From positions 21,304 through 85,303 of the IMG/VR virus record IMGVR_UViG_3300044613_003770: a stretch of DNA of 64,000 nt. One strand, written 5' to 3'. The position numbers were made by a program, and so were the translations under genes. Source of the stretch: a virus. The notes under the pieces were generated by a model that saw only the letters and a program-made list of their open reading frames with translations, was not told the origin of the DNA and made no database searches. Numbering within the stretch: position 1 is the stretch's first letter; each line of letters begins with the position of its first letter. Positions 45,560 through 57,100 of this stretch are shown piece by piece.

Positions 45560-46016
45560 TTGGGGTTAAATAAAATGTATAAAATTGATTATATGTAAAG
45601 CCAGATGGATTGCCATCACTTTTTATAGCAAATCTTTTGCCGTCAAATTCTACTCTTCTGGCCTCTTTTAAAAAATCAAATCCATCGGCTGGAATTATTA
45701 TTTTTACAGATCCTTTTGGAAAAATTATTTTATTTTGGCTTCCATTATTATAAGAGCCTGCACTCTGTAGCAATTCTTCTTCAGAATTAAGATAATAGAC
45801 TCTAGCATTTATTGTTTTTGATACAAGTTCAAATTCTAGATTTGATTTTGAACCAGTATTTGTCTTATTATATATTGAATTATATTGAGGCGACGAAGCA
45901 ATTAATGTTTTTTTGTTGTTTTTATATACAGTAATTTGACGAGCAAAAGTACCATGTAATATATCAAATAAATTTGCTATATTTGTTTCTTTAGAAGAAT
46001 TTAAAAATCCTGGCAT
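45549..46016 (-). CDS. putative head-closure protein
   Basis: start MPGFL with GTGTAA 8 nt upstream; VEFDGKRFAI. Confidence 0.5.
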   Translation of the reverse strand: MPGFLNSSKETNIANLFDILHGTFARQITVYKNNKKTLIASSPQYNSIYNKTNTGSKSNLEFELVSKTINARVYYLNSEEELLQSAGSYNNGSQNKIIFPKGSVKIIIPADGFDFLKEARRVEFDGKRFAIKSDGNPSGFTYNQFYTFYLTPIDE

Positions 46017-46062
46017 ATTGATTTTTACACTTTTATTTTTATAATAAGATAAGGGACACGGC

Positions 46063-46350
46063 ATGAATGCTAAAAAAAATTTATCAGATAGATCTAATCA
46101 TGAATTAGCGTCATTTTTTAAAATGATGTTGATGATGGTGGAAGATATGAAGAAAGATCATGATTTTCATTATCAAAAATTATATGACAATATTCCTAAA
46201 GAATATCACGCTATAATAGATACTGCAAATCATTTTACAGAAGATAAAAAACTTTGGATTAGAAAAAGAATTTTAGATTATGGCAACGAATCTATTAGAA
46301 ATTTGCAATCTGAGATAAATAATTATAGTGTTAGCTTTATATTTAAATAA
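46063..46350 (+). CDS. hypothetical protein
   Basis: ORF with IRKRILDYGN. Confidence 0.7.
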   Translation: MNAKKNLSDRSNHELASFFKMMLMMVEDMKKDHDFHYQKLYDNIPKEYHAIIDTANHFTEDKKLWIRKRILDYGNESIRNLQSEINNYSVSFIFK

Positions 46351-46367
46351 TAAAAAAGGTAAAAGGT

Positions 46368-47123
46368 ATGAAATTCAAACAATTATATAAATTCACAATC
46401 GATAAAGAAGTAGAAAAAACTGTTCAGTCATCTAAAAAAGATAAAAAAACTGGAGAAGAGGTTATTACTAAGAAAAAAGTTACTGAAAAAGTTCCAGTAG
46501 AGATTAAAATTAAAAGACCCTCAAGGAGGGAGCTTGAGGAAGCTGAATTAGAATATTCAGTAGAAATGAGTAGATGCGTTAAAAGAGGTATTTTAACAAA
46601 AGCTATGTTAGCTAAAAAATATAGTGACACTGGTGGTATTTTTAGCGAAGAGGAGGCAAAAAATTATACAGTTCTTTATAAAAAACTACTAGACCTCCAG
46701 AATGAATACATCCGCTTGGACTCTGTAGATAAAAAAGATGAGAAGCAGGATATTAAATTTGAAAAAATAAAAGAAGACATAGCTGACACAAAAAGACAAA
46801 TCATTGAGATAGAATCTACATTTCAGTCGTTTTTTGATCATACGGCTGATGTAAAAGCTCAAAATAGACTTCTTTTGTGGTATGCTATTAATTTAACATA
46901 TATTCAAGATCAGGAAGAAGATGAACCATTGCCTTATTTTAATGGTGACGATTTCGAAGAAAAGTTAGAAAATTTTTATAAAAAAGAAGAATCTAATGAT
47001 GATTTTTATAGAGCTGTAGTTAAAAAAGCTTCAACAATAATCGCTTTTTGGTTCTTTAATCAAGCCTCACAACCAGAAGAGTTTGATGCGCTAATTGAAA
47101 AATTAGAAAAAGGACAGCTTTGA
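46368..47123 (+). CDS. putative tail assembly chaperone
   Basis: IKRPSRRE; position upstream of the tape measure gene. Confidence 0.5.
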   Translation: MKFKQLYKFTIDKEVEKTVQSSKKDKKTGEEVITKKKVTEKVPVEIKIKRPSRRELEEAELEYSVEMSRCVKRGILTKAMLAKKYSDTGGIFSEEEAKNYTVLYKKLLDLQNEYIRLDSVDKKDEKQDIKFEKIKEDIADTKRQIIEIESTFQSFFDHTADVKAQNRLLLWYAINLTYIQDQEEDEPLPYFNGDDFEEKLENFYKKEESNDDFYRAVVKKASTIIAFWFFNQASQPEEFDALIEKLEKGQL

Positions 47124-48097
47124 GCGAGGAATTATATATCTCTATAATAGGCGAGGTGTTTGATGGGTATACGGAATTTATTTATAATAATAAACCCGTA
47201 TACCTAAAACATTTTAATATTAGAGATCAAAGATGTATACATAAACACTATGAGAAATATAAATCTATAGCGATTTCAAAAGGTCTTGAAACAGAAGATC
47301 AATTATTAAAAAAAATTAAATCTGATGGTATATGGTCTGACGATGATGATTTAAAGATACATTCATTAGATTTAGAAATAAAAAATTTAAAACAAACTCA
47401 GTCTCAATTGTTTCTACCTTCACAAAAAGAATTAATGGGGGTTGATATTGCTAATAAAATTTCTGAACTTTTATTATTAAAAAGCAAAAAGAAGGAGATT
47501 ATTGGTAAAACGGCTGAAGATTATGCAGCAACAAGATCTAATGAAGAAATGTTGAGATATTTTCTTTTTGAGGACGAAGGATTTGAAAAAAATTTATTTA
47601 ATGAGGAAGAGTTTTCTGAAATAGAGGATTACGAATTAACTTTTTTAATTAATAAGCAAAATGAAATTGCAGAAAGATTATCAGAATTAAATTTACAAAA
47701 ATCTGTATTAAGACCGTTTTTTAGCATGTATATGTCGAGTTGTGAAAATCTTAATCATTTTTATGGCAAGCCTGTAATACAATTATCTATTTATCAATTA
47801 AAGACTGCGATATTTGCAAAAATGTTTTATAATATTTTTCAATATATCGAAGATATCCCAGATAATATTAAAGATGATCCTGAAAAACTTTTATCATATT
47901 CGGATTTGCAAAGAAATAAAGGGAAAAAGGGTCAAATGATTAAAGACGATTCCGCAGCTTCCGCTGTATTTGGAGCAACAAGCGAAGATATGAAATCAAT
48001 ATCTAAAAATACAAATACCGTATCATTGAAAGATGAGCTTGATAAAAATGGCGGCAAATTAAATATGGAACAAATGATGAAATTAGCAGGTTATTAA
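47120..48097 (+). CDS. putative second tail assembly chaperone
   Basis: TTGA overlap; PVIQLSIYQ, IPDNIKDDPEKL; directly before the tape measure gene. Confidence 0.5.
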   Translation: MSEELYISIIGEVFDGYTEFIYNNKPVYLKHFNIRDQRCIHKHYEKYKSIAISKGLETEDQLLKKIKSDGIWSDDDDLKIHSLDLEIKNLKQTQSQLFLPSQKELMGVDIANKISELLLLKSKKKEIIGKTAEDYAATRSNEEMLRYFLFEDEGFEKNLFNEEEFSEIEDYELTFLINKQNEIAERLSELNLQKSVLRPFFSMYMSSCENLNHFYGKPVIQLSIYQLKTAIFAKMFYNIFQYIEDIPDNIKDDPEKLLSYSDLQRNKGKKGQMIKDDSAASAVFGATSEDMKSISKNTNTVSLKDELDKNGGKLNMEQMMKLAGY

Positions 48098-48134
48098 TAT
48101 AAACTTTTGTGTAACTAATACAGAGGTTTAGGGT

Positions 48135-51100
48135 ATGCCAATTCAAATTCCAGTAACACAAACAGGTCTCGAAGCAAGTATTCAAGCAGCAGCGCAAAAA
48201 GCTGGGCGTAATTTAAAAATAGACTTAGGGTCTAACGCAAGAAGTATTAATGCTTTATCTCAGCCGTTAGGGAGGATTACTGGCCAAGCAGATGAGTTCA
48301 CTAAATCAATGGAAGCTGCTAATGCTCGCGTATTAGCATTCGGAGCCTCAGTTGGCGTTCTTAATTCGGTCATACAGGGATTTAAATCTTTAGTTACTAC
48401 AACAATTGAGGTTGAAAAATCATTAGCGGATATAAATAGCGTTTTACAAGGTTCAGGCGCACAGCTAAATAAATTTAAAAAAGATATTTTTGATGTAGCA
48501 AGAGAAACTGGTAATTCTTTTAAAACTGTATCAGAAGCGGCTTTGGAATTAAGTCGCCAAGGTTTACCAGCAAATGAAGTCGTTACAAGACTTAAAGATT
48601 CAATGATATTGGCTAGACTTTCTGGTCTCGATGCAGCACAATCTGTAGAGGGATTAACGGCGGCAGTTAACTCATTTTCAAAAGAAGGCTTAACATCGTC
48701 TCAAGTTTTAAATAAAATTTCTAACGCAGCTGCTAAATACGCTGTTTCTGAAAGAGATTTGATTGAAGGTTTTAAAAGATCTGCTTCAGTTGCACAACAG
48801 GCTGGCGTAAGCATTGATGAATTAGGCGGTATTATTACTGCGGTTCAACAAAAATCAGCTCGCGGTGGAGCCGTTATTGGCAACTCGTTTAAAACCATTT
48901 TTACAAGAATACAGAGACCAGAAAGCTTAAAATTATTAGAAGAAATTGGTGTTAAGGTTTTAGATTTAAAGGGTAATGTAGTTCCAGCTACAAAACTACT
49001 TGAGGGTTTAGCTTCAAAAATTTCTGGTCTTAATGATGTTGAGGTTGCAAGTATTACTGAAAAAATTGGCGGCGGATTTCAAATCGCTCCATTACTGTCT
49101 GCGTTAGATGATTATAGTAGCAAGGCTTCAGTTGCGCGTGGAGCGACTGAAGCTTTTTTAAATGCTGGTACTGAAGCTTATCAAAGAAATGCAGCGTTGA
49201 ATCAAACAATGGCGGCTGCAATTAATGAAGCGTCAGTTAATTTAAAAGAATTTGCAAACACCTTGGGCGAAATTGGCGTGACGAAAGGTTTAAGTAATGT
49301 TTTGTCGTTTTTTAATACTTTTATTTCAGATGTTCAGGATCTTTTAGAAGGCGAGGGATTGGGTTCTAAATTCGCTAGATCAATCGTTGAGGGTATAGGA
49401 AATGTTTTATCTGGTCCTGGTTTGGCTATATTTGGTGGCATAATATTAAAACTAACGACAGATTTAGTTAAGTTCGGAACGCAAAGTTTAAAAACATTTT
49501 TTAATATCGGCAGTGCGGCAAAAGAAATAAATACATTACAAGGCTCCATAGCTAGTACTCTATTAAGAAACAAAGATATACAAGCTCAAATATTAGCTTT
49601 AGAAGGAAATAGGGCTGCGCAAGCTAGATTTTTTACTACAGCTTTAAATGAGCAGTATTCCACTATGCAGAAAATGCAAAATATTGCCGCTTCAATAGCT
49701 CCTGCAGTTTATGGAGGAACAGTTTCAAGTAAAAAAAGTAGCGGTAAAAACGCTGCGGGTGGTTATATGCCAGCCATCTCTCAGGAATCGCGTGATATTA
49801 GTCGTGGAGTTGGTGGAGCAAGAGGTGGCGATAGGCCAGTAGTAATTCCAAATTTTGCATTTGGTGGTGGCAAAAAAGGAACGATGGTCGCTCATACTGG
49901 TGAATATATTGTTCCTAATTTTGCAGGAGGTGGTTCAGCTATCTTTAATAGAGATATGGTTAGATCAATGGGTCTTCCAGCTGGTGCTAAAAAGATTGGT
50001 GCTGCTGGAGGATTTATACCAAATTTTGCTGAATGGTATAATCGTGATACTACAAAAGTAAAAACTTCAACATCAATGCCTACTACCGCTGGGGATTGGA
50101 TAAAGGTTAGATCTAGTTCTGAAAGTATTAGAAAATACTCAGAGAATGTGGATCAATATAAAGTTCGTGATACTGATTTTTATTTATTTCCAGATGGAAC
50201 AGGTTCCCGTGGAAATACTGTTAGAGATACTTTAGGGAGAAATAAATCTAGAGCTGTTGAAAAAGCAGAAGAAGAACAAGAAAAAGTTAATAAAGCTGGA
50301 TCTTTCACTTTAAACGCTGATCAATTAGGTGGTATCGGTTTAATCTCACCAAGATTTGGTAAAAGTGGTGTAGGTTCAGTTGATACAAAAATGACAGCGG
50401 GTGAAGTTGCGTTTTTTAATCAAAATGAAAAATCATTTCCAATTGATAAAAATAAATACATAAAATTATTAGGAATAAAAACAGCTAACACACCAAGTGG
50501 AAGAAGTTTCCAACAATTACAAGGGGATGTGAGTGAATTATTTGCTGGTGGAGTTGTTGATCTTGCTTATAGATTATATGGTGGGACTTTTGATCCAGCA
50601 AGTGGTGGAGAATTTACTCAAAAATTAAGAGCTTTATCTCCAGATAAAAAACAACAATTAATACCAGCCGCCGCACAAGGTGATTTATTTGAAGCTGCTG
50701 GAAAAGTGGCTTTAGGTAGTATTCAAAATTTAGAATCATTATTTAATCAATCAGACCAAAATAGACCATTTGATTTTAATAATAGAGCTGCGATGCAGAA
50801 AATGTTTGGTTTTGATGTTGGAAAAGGTGAAGCTAAAAGAGGTGGAGAAGGAGACTCTTTGGCTGCTTTTTTAGGCACAAAACAAGTTAAAGGTATTATT
50901 ACAAAAGTATTTAATGATCCAGAGTATTCTCCGAAAGCGTTAGATGCTTTAAAAGCTCAAGGAGCTTTTAGTATAGAGATGCAAAGACAGAAAAAAGAAA
51001 AAGAAATCTCTAATGCTATAAGTGGTTTCGTTCCTAACTTTGCTTCATATCCATATAAATTATCTACGCTTGCTCCAACTGAAAAAGAAGGACAAAGATC

Positions 51101-54100
51101 TTACTCAAAATGGGAAAAATGGAATCAACTTTCAGGCGAAGAAAAGAAAAACACACCATATAAAAGTAAGGTCATAAATAATCCTTATGCTATTAAGCAA
51201 TTCAATCAAGGATTACGTTTAAATCCTAATGTAGAAAAAGATGATAAAGTTGATTCACTTGGATTTAGGGTGACAAAAGTACCTATTTATGACGAAAAAT
51301 TAAAAGAAGAAATCATAAATAAAAAAAATTCTAAAGAAGCGGGTAGAAGATTTGAAAAGTTGGCGCTTGAATTTTTAAAATATAATGATGGTTCTGAATT
51401 TTTATATAACAGAGATAAAAGTTCTGTAGATGGATTTAAATTTAAGGGGAATAAAAATATAGATTTATTAGAAGTTAAAGCTGGTGAATGGAATGCTTCA
51501 GAAGTTCAAAATAAATTTGGTAGATTTGTGCCAGAGAACATCAACCTATCTGGCTCATCTTTGATAAAAGAAGAATTAAATAAACTTTTTACAGAAGGTG
51601 TTCCAAGAGAACAAGATGTAATTAAATTAAATAATACATTAGCTATTCCAGATATAGAAGGATATAGTGGGAAAATTAAAGCTGGTGGTAAAGCAGATCC
51701 AAATAAAAAACAAAAAGATTTTTATGATGCCTTTTCAGTATCTCAATTATCTCAAGCTCAAAATGCAAAACTTAAAAAGGGTTCAATGGGTTATATCCCT
51801 AATTTCGTAAACCAAAAATACGTAATGGATACTCTTGCTAGAATAAAAGCTGGCACAAGCGGCTTTTCAAAACAAGAACAAGAAACATTTTTAAATAAAT
51901 TTGGCGCAAAATCTACTGGAAGAAAAATTTCTCTTAGAGAAGTTTATGATAAATTAGACGGTGATATCGGTATCTCAGCATTGATTGATAAAGCTTATGT
52001 GGCAGCTGGACCGACAGCCTCAAATGAAGATGTTTATAGAGTATTTGAAAAACAAATTAAAGCAAATCCATATGCACTAAGAGGTCTTGTAAGCAAAAAA
52101 GGTTTTATTCCAAACTTCGCAGATCCACTTAAAGAAGCTATTGGTCGCGAAATATCCGCTGGTGTTCCAGCTTCACAAATTTATGTAGACCAAAATTCAT
52201 CATTAAAGAACTCCATGAATCCAATGGGATTAATGGTTGCTAATCGTCGTGATGAACCAGCTGGTGGTATACAAGGAATTAATCGCGCAAGAAAAGAAGG
52301 CGCTAATCCAATGTTGTATGGCGCGGCTGATGGATTTATTCCTAATTATGCTCCACAACTTGGAGAGGCAACAAGGTCTGATATGGGTAGAACCAGAATT
52401 AGTGATCAAGCAATAACTGATTTTAATAATTCCTTAAAAGGGGTTTCTGATCAACTAAGAAAAGGATCTATATCTTTTGCTGATGCTAATTTGAAAGTTG
52501 ATCAATTGGCTAAATCTACTGGATCGACACAAGCACAAGTCATGAAACTTGGAGCCGTTGGTCAGGGTTTAATTACAGCATACAACAATGAACTTCAAGC
52601 TAGAAATCAAAAAGCTAAAGAATTAAAAGAACAGAGAGCGGGTAGAAGCACAGAAACTGCAGGTTCTAAAGGATCAAGAGACATGCTTGGCACTATTTTT
52701 GCAGTACAGGCTGGATTATCATTATTAACTGGCGCGACTAATGACTCCACTAATGCTTTAGTAAGATATACCAATGTTATTTCAAATTCATTAGGAAATA
52801 TCACAACCGCTGCTTTTGCGGCAAGCGCATTTAAAGATATGGCCACAACAGGCAAGGGGCTTGTTGGGGTATTTGGAAAATTAGGAGTTGCTGGCGCAGC
52901 CGTTGGTGCTGCATTTGCATTATTTGAAGGCGGCAAACAGCTTTATTATGAATATTCAGGAGCCAATAAAAGAGCATCGGATGCCGCTAATATTTTAGCT
53001 TCATCTGCAGAAAAGGCGGCAGTTAGATTAGAAAATTTAAATCCAGAATCTAAAGAGAGTATTAATAAAACAGTTGAGGATATTATTAAAAAACTTAATA
53101 TCCAAGTGAGTGAACCAGAACTCCCAAAATTAAAAGAAGCAATAACAACTGGATTACTTGGCACTTCAAGAACTAATGTTGAAGGTATACTTAGGGAAAA
53201 TCTCACACCTAGTAAATTACAAAAAAAAGAAATAGATACTTCTGAACCATCCCTAATGGATGCATTAAGAGCTGGAGCTGCATCTTCGCCTGGTACTATG
53301 GTTCCAAATGTTAAATATAAATACACTACAGAGGAAGCATTGACTGGAGACCCATTAAAAGCAATAGCAGCTTTGGCTGAACAAGGTGTTTCTGGGCAGG
53401 GTGCAACTTTAATGGGGCCATTCTTATCTCTCGTAAAAGAAGCAAAAAATGCAGAGGAACTTTCTTCGTTTTTGGCTAATCCAAAATTAAATGAAAAAAT
53501 TAATGAAAACTTAAAAAATATAGATACAAAAAGTTTATTTGATTTGACAGATATAAATAAAACTTTTGAGCAAGTGTCAATACTTAATAACAGTAAGGAT
53601 TTTGCTAAAACATTTGAGGCTATGGAAGGTAAAACATCCCTTGTGAGTAGCTTAAAAGAACAAGAAGCATCTATTGCAATAATTTATGAGTTTGTAAAAT
53701 TAATACAAGCCGCAAGAGAAGAAACAGAAAAAAATGCTACCATAGAAACGGCAAAACAAGAACAAGCTTTATCGAGAGCATTACAAGATTCTCTTAAAAA
53801 ATCAGTCTTAGAGAGGCCAACAAAAACGATGCAACAAGCTGGTTCTCTTTTAGAGTCATCTTTAGAAATATCTAACAAACAAAAATTACTGCAAATTACT
53901 GGAGATCTGTCTATTTCTGAAGATTTAAGAAAACAAAAATTAGAAGAAGTCAATCATCAATATGAAATTTCTAAAATTGGATTACAAAACCAATTAAAAT
54001 TAATAAAACAATTAGATTCTTCTTTAGAAAAAATATCCTCTGGAGATATTTTAGGTTTTGGTTCAAACTCTGAACAAGCAGCTAAACAAGCAAAAGCTTT

Positions 54101-57100
54101 TATTGAAAAATTTACTTCAGATCCAAATAATCAAAACGCTCTTGAAGGTTTATTGGCGGGTAATAAAAATCAAAATTTTATTAATCAATTAAGATCTCAA
54201 GTCCAAACAGGAGCTAATTTATTTAATACACCAGGAAAACAAGATGAGCTTATAAGAATAATAAAAGAATATTATGAATTAACACAGGATATCACTCTTG
54301 AAGAGAAAACACAAATAAACAATAAGCAAAAACTTTTTGAAGCATCTCAAAAAGAGCTTTCTATAGAAAAACAGCGTCAAAATCTTATTGAAAAAGGTAA
54401 CTTATATATAAAAACCGCGCAGAGCAGATTAACTGGCAGAATAGAAGATATTTCAAATGAATCACAATTAAATGAAGCTAGAAAAAATCTTGAAATAAAA
54501 AGATTTGAAAAAACTGGCAAAACTGTAGATCCACGCGAAAACGAAAGAATAATTGAATCTATCAATGAAAAATATTTTAAATTACAACAAGATTTAAATG
54601 ATCAAAAGGCTGAAGCAGAAATAAAACTCGAAATAACAAGAGGTCTAAAAATAGATGACAACATAACTTCTTTAGGCGCAAACACAACAGCAATTGGAAG
54701 TGTTCAAGATGCATTGATTAATAATGTACTACCAGTATTAAATACTTTGCCAAAAAACATGGCGGAACAATTAAAGAATGCTGTGTTAGGTTTAAATAAC
54801 GGCGGTCAACCTGTTCCTCAAACAGCGCAGACAACAAGCGGAGTAAGTGGTACTATTGGAATGCCATATAGAGCAAATACAAGTAGCGGCGATGTTAAAT
54901 CTTTATTGGATTTAGTGAGTAAAGAAATTAGCTCAGATCCTAAATACCTTGCTGCTGTTTATGGAAATGTAATGAAAGAATCTGGTGGTAAACCAATCAC
55001 AGAAGCTTCTGATTATTCTAATACAGATAATAAAAGAATAAGATCAATTTTTGGTGATAGGGTTAACTGGATGACAGATGAAGACTTATCCGAGCTTAAA
55101 AAAGATCCTATGTTTTTGGGAAAAATGTATGGTCCAAAATATCAAATAGGTAAAAATCTTGGTAATAAAAGCGAGGAAGAAGGTTTTAACTATAGGGGAC
55201 GTGGATATGTTCAGATAACTGGTAGAAAGGCTTATGAAGAAGCTGGAAAGGCTATTGGTAAAGACTTACTACGTGATCCAGACTTAGCTGCACATCCAGA
55301 AATTGCAAAACAAATTGCTGTTTGGCAGTTAAGAGATAGAAAAGATCAATTTACTGGAGGCGGTTTCAATAAATTATTACTAGAAGGTGATCAATCTAAA
55401 ATTAATAAAGCTGTAACTAGTCAATTCGCTGGTCAATCAGCTAATAGAGGATACTTAGGCGATTTATTAAAAATAGTTGATAATTTTGCTGATAAATTTT
55501 TAAAAGGTTCGACTGATCTGGGAGGTTCTTTAGATAATACGAGTAAAAACTTTTTACAGGCTTCTGGTTATCTTGAAGAAACATCTTCTACAGCACAGAC
55601 GAATATTGATAATCTTAGATTAGAGTTAGCTGGTAAAGATAGAAATAAAGCGCCTAATCAAGATCTTCAAGATAAAATTAGGCGTATAGTTGCTGAAACA
55701 TATGGACCTAGTGCAATAGCTACAATTTATAGCGGCATGGGTTATACCCCAGGCGGATCAAGAAGACATGAACCCCAAGAAGGTGGAAAAGCTGCGGATA
55801 TATATGTTGAAATAGATGGAAAAAAAGTTACAGGCGAGGAATTAGCTAAACTTGGAGCAAGGTGGGTTACTGGTGGATATGGTAGTGCTGGTTATGGAAT
55901 GGACTATCAAGGCATTAAAGGTAGTGGAATTCATTTAGATACTTTTACCAAAGATCAGTTGAAATCAGGAGAGGGATTAAGCTGGGGGTATGGTGGACAA
56001 ACAGGTTCTATGTTGAAAAATCTAATAAGTAGAATGGGAGGCGAACCAGGTGTTAGCGCTTCAGCGTTAGCTAATCAAACATTATCTCAAACAAATCCAA
56101 TATATCAGGCTGGAGAAAGAATTTCGGGAATTTCAGATTCAACCGCAAGAACTGAATCCGCGCTAGAAGAGGCAAAAAAATTGGTTGATAGAACTGGGAA
56201 AAGCGACGAGGAGATAAAGAAAAAAATCAATGAAATAGCCAACCAAATTATTGCAGCTAGTGATGCTATCATATCAAAGGGTAAAACCAAAACAACGGCT
56301 GACGCATTAAATCAACTTAGTAAACAAAATACAAAGTTAGAAGCACAACCAGGTACATTTGCTAGTGGATTTACTACTGGAATGGAGAATATAAATAAAG
56401 AAATAGCAGGTTTCTCCGAACAAATAGGCGAAAAAGTGCCAGCACTATTTGCCGATAATATGGCAAAGGCAATGGAAGATGCTATATTAAATGGTGAAGA
56501 CTTAGAAACATCTTTAAGAAGTGCGGCAACAGCGTTTTTAACAGAAATAAATAGATCTAACTTTAAGAATTTAGCCAATATATTTACTAGTGGATTACAG
56601 CAAGCTGGTAGTTCAATATTTAGCTTATTTACTCAAAGAGCTTCTGGTGGACCAATTACTGGTGGTTCTGGAACAAAAGACGATGTGCCAGCATTATTAA
56701 TGGGCGGCGAGTTTGTTATGAATAAAAAATCCGTATCTAAATACGGCATGAATTTCATGAACCAGTTAAATAATGGAAATCTTCCAAAATTTGCAAAAGG
56801 TGGTTCTGTAGAAGAGATATCTGATATAAGTAAAATAGGAAAACAAACCATTTTTTCTGGTAAAGTTGGATCAGAAATTGTAGGGCAATATGATGAGGGT
56901 AAAGCGCCAAGGCAAGTTGCTACTGGTGGAGGGTTTTATTCTCCAGGTATGTATGGATCTGGGTCTATAATAGGAAAAGCGGATTTGTTAGCTTTTGCTA
57001 CGCAGTCACAAACCTCTGGAGCAAAAGATGTAATTATGAATGAAGATAAATTAGCATATGCTAGTTTAGAGCCAGAAAGCGCTAGATTGACCGTAAGCGG

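Noticed and set aside
47096-47123. Programmed -1 frameshift between the two tail chaperone genes
   Set aside because: The frames are -1 related, but only about 7 codons are open upstream and no X XXY YYZ heptamer is in register; a TTGA overlap explains it more simply.
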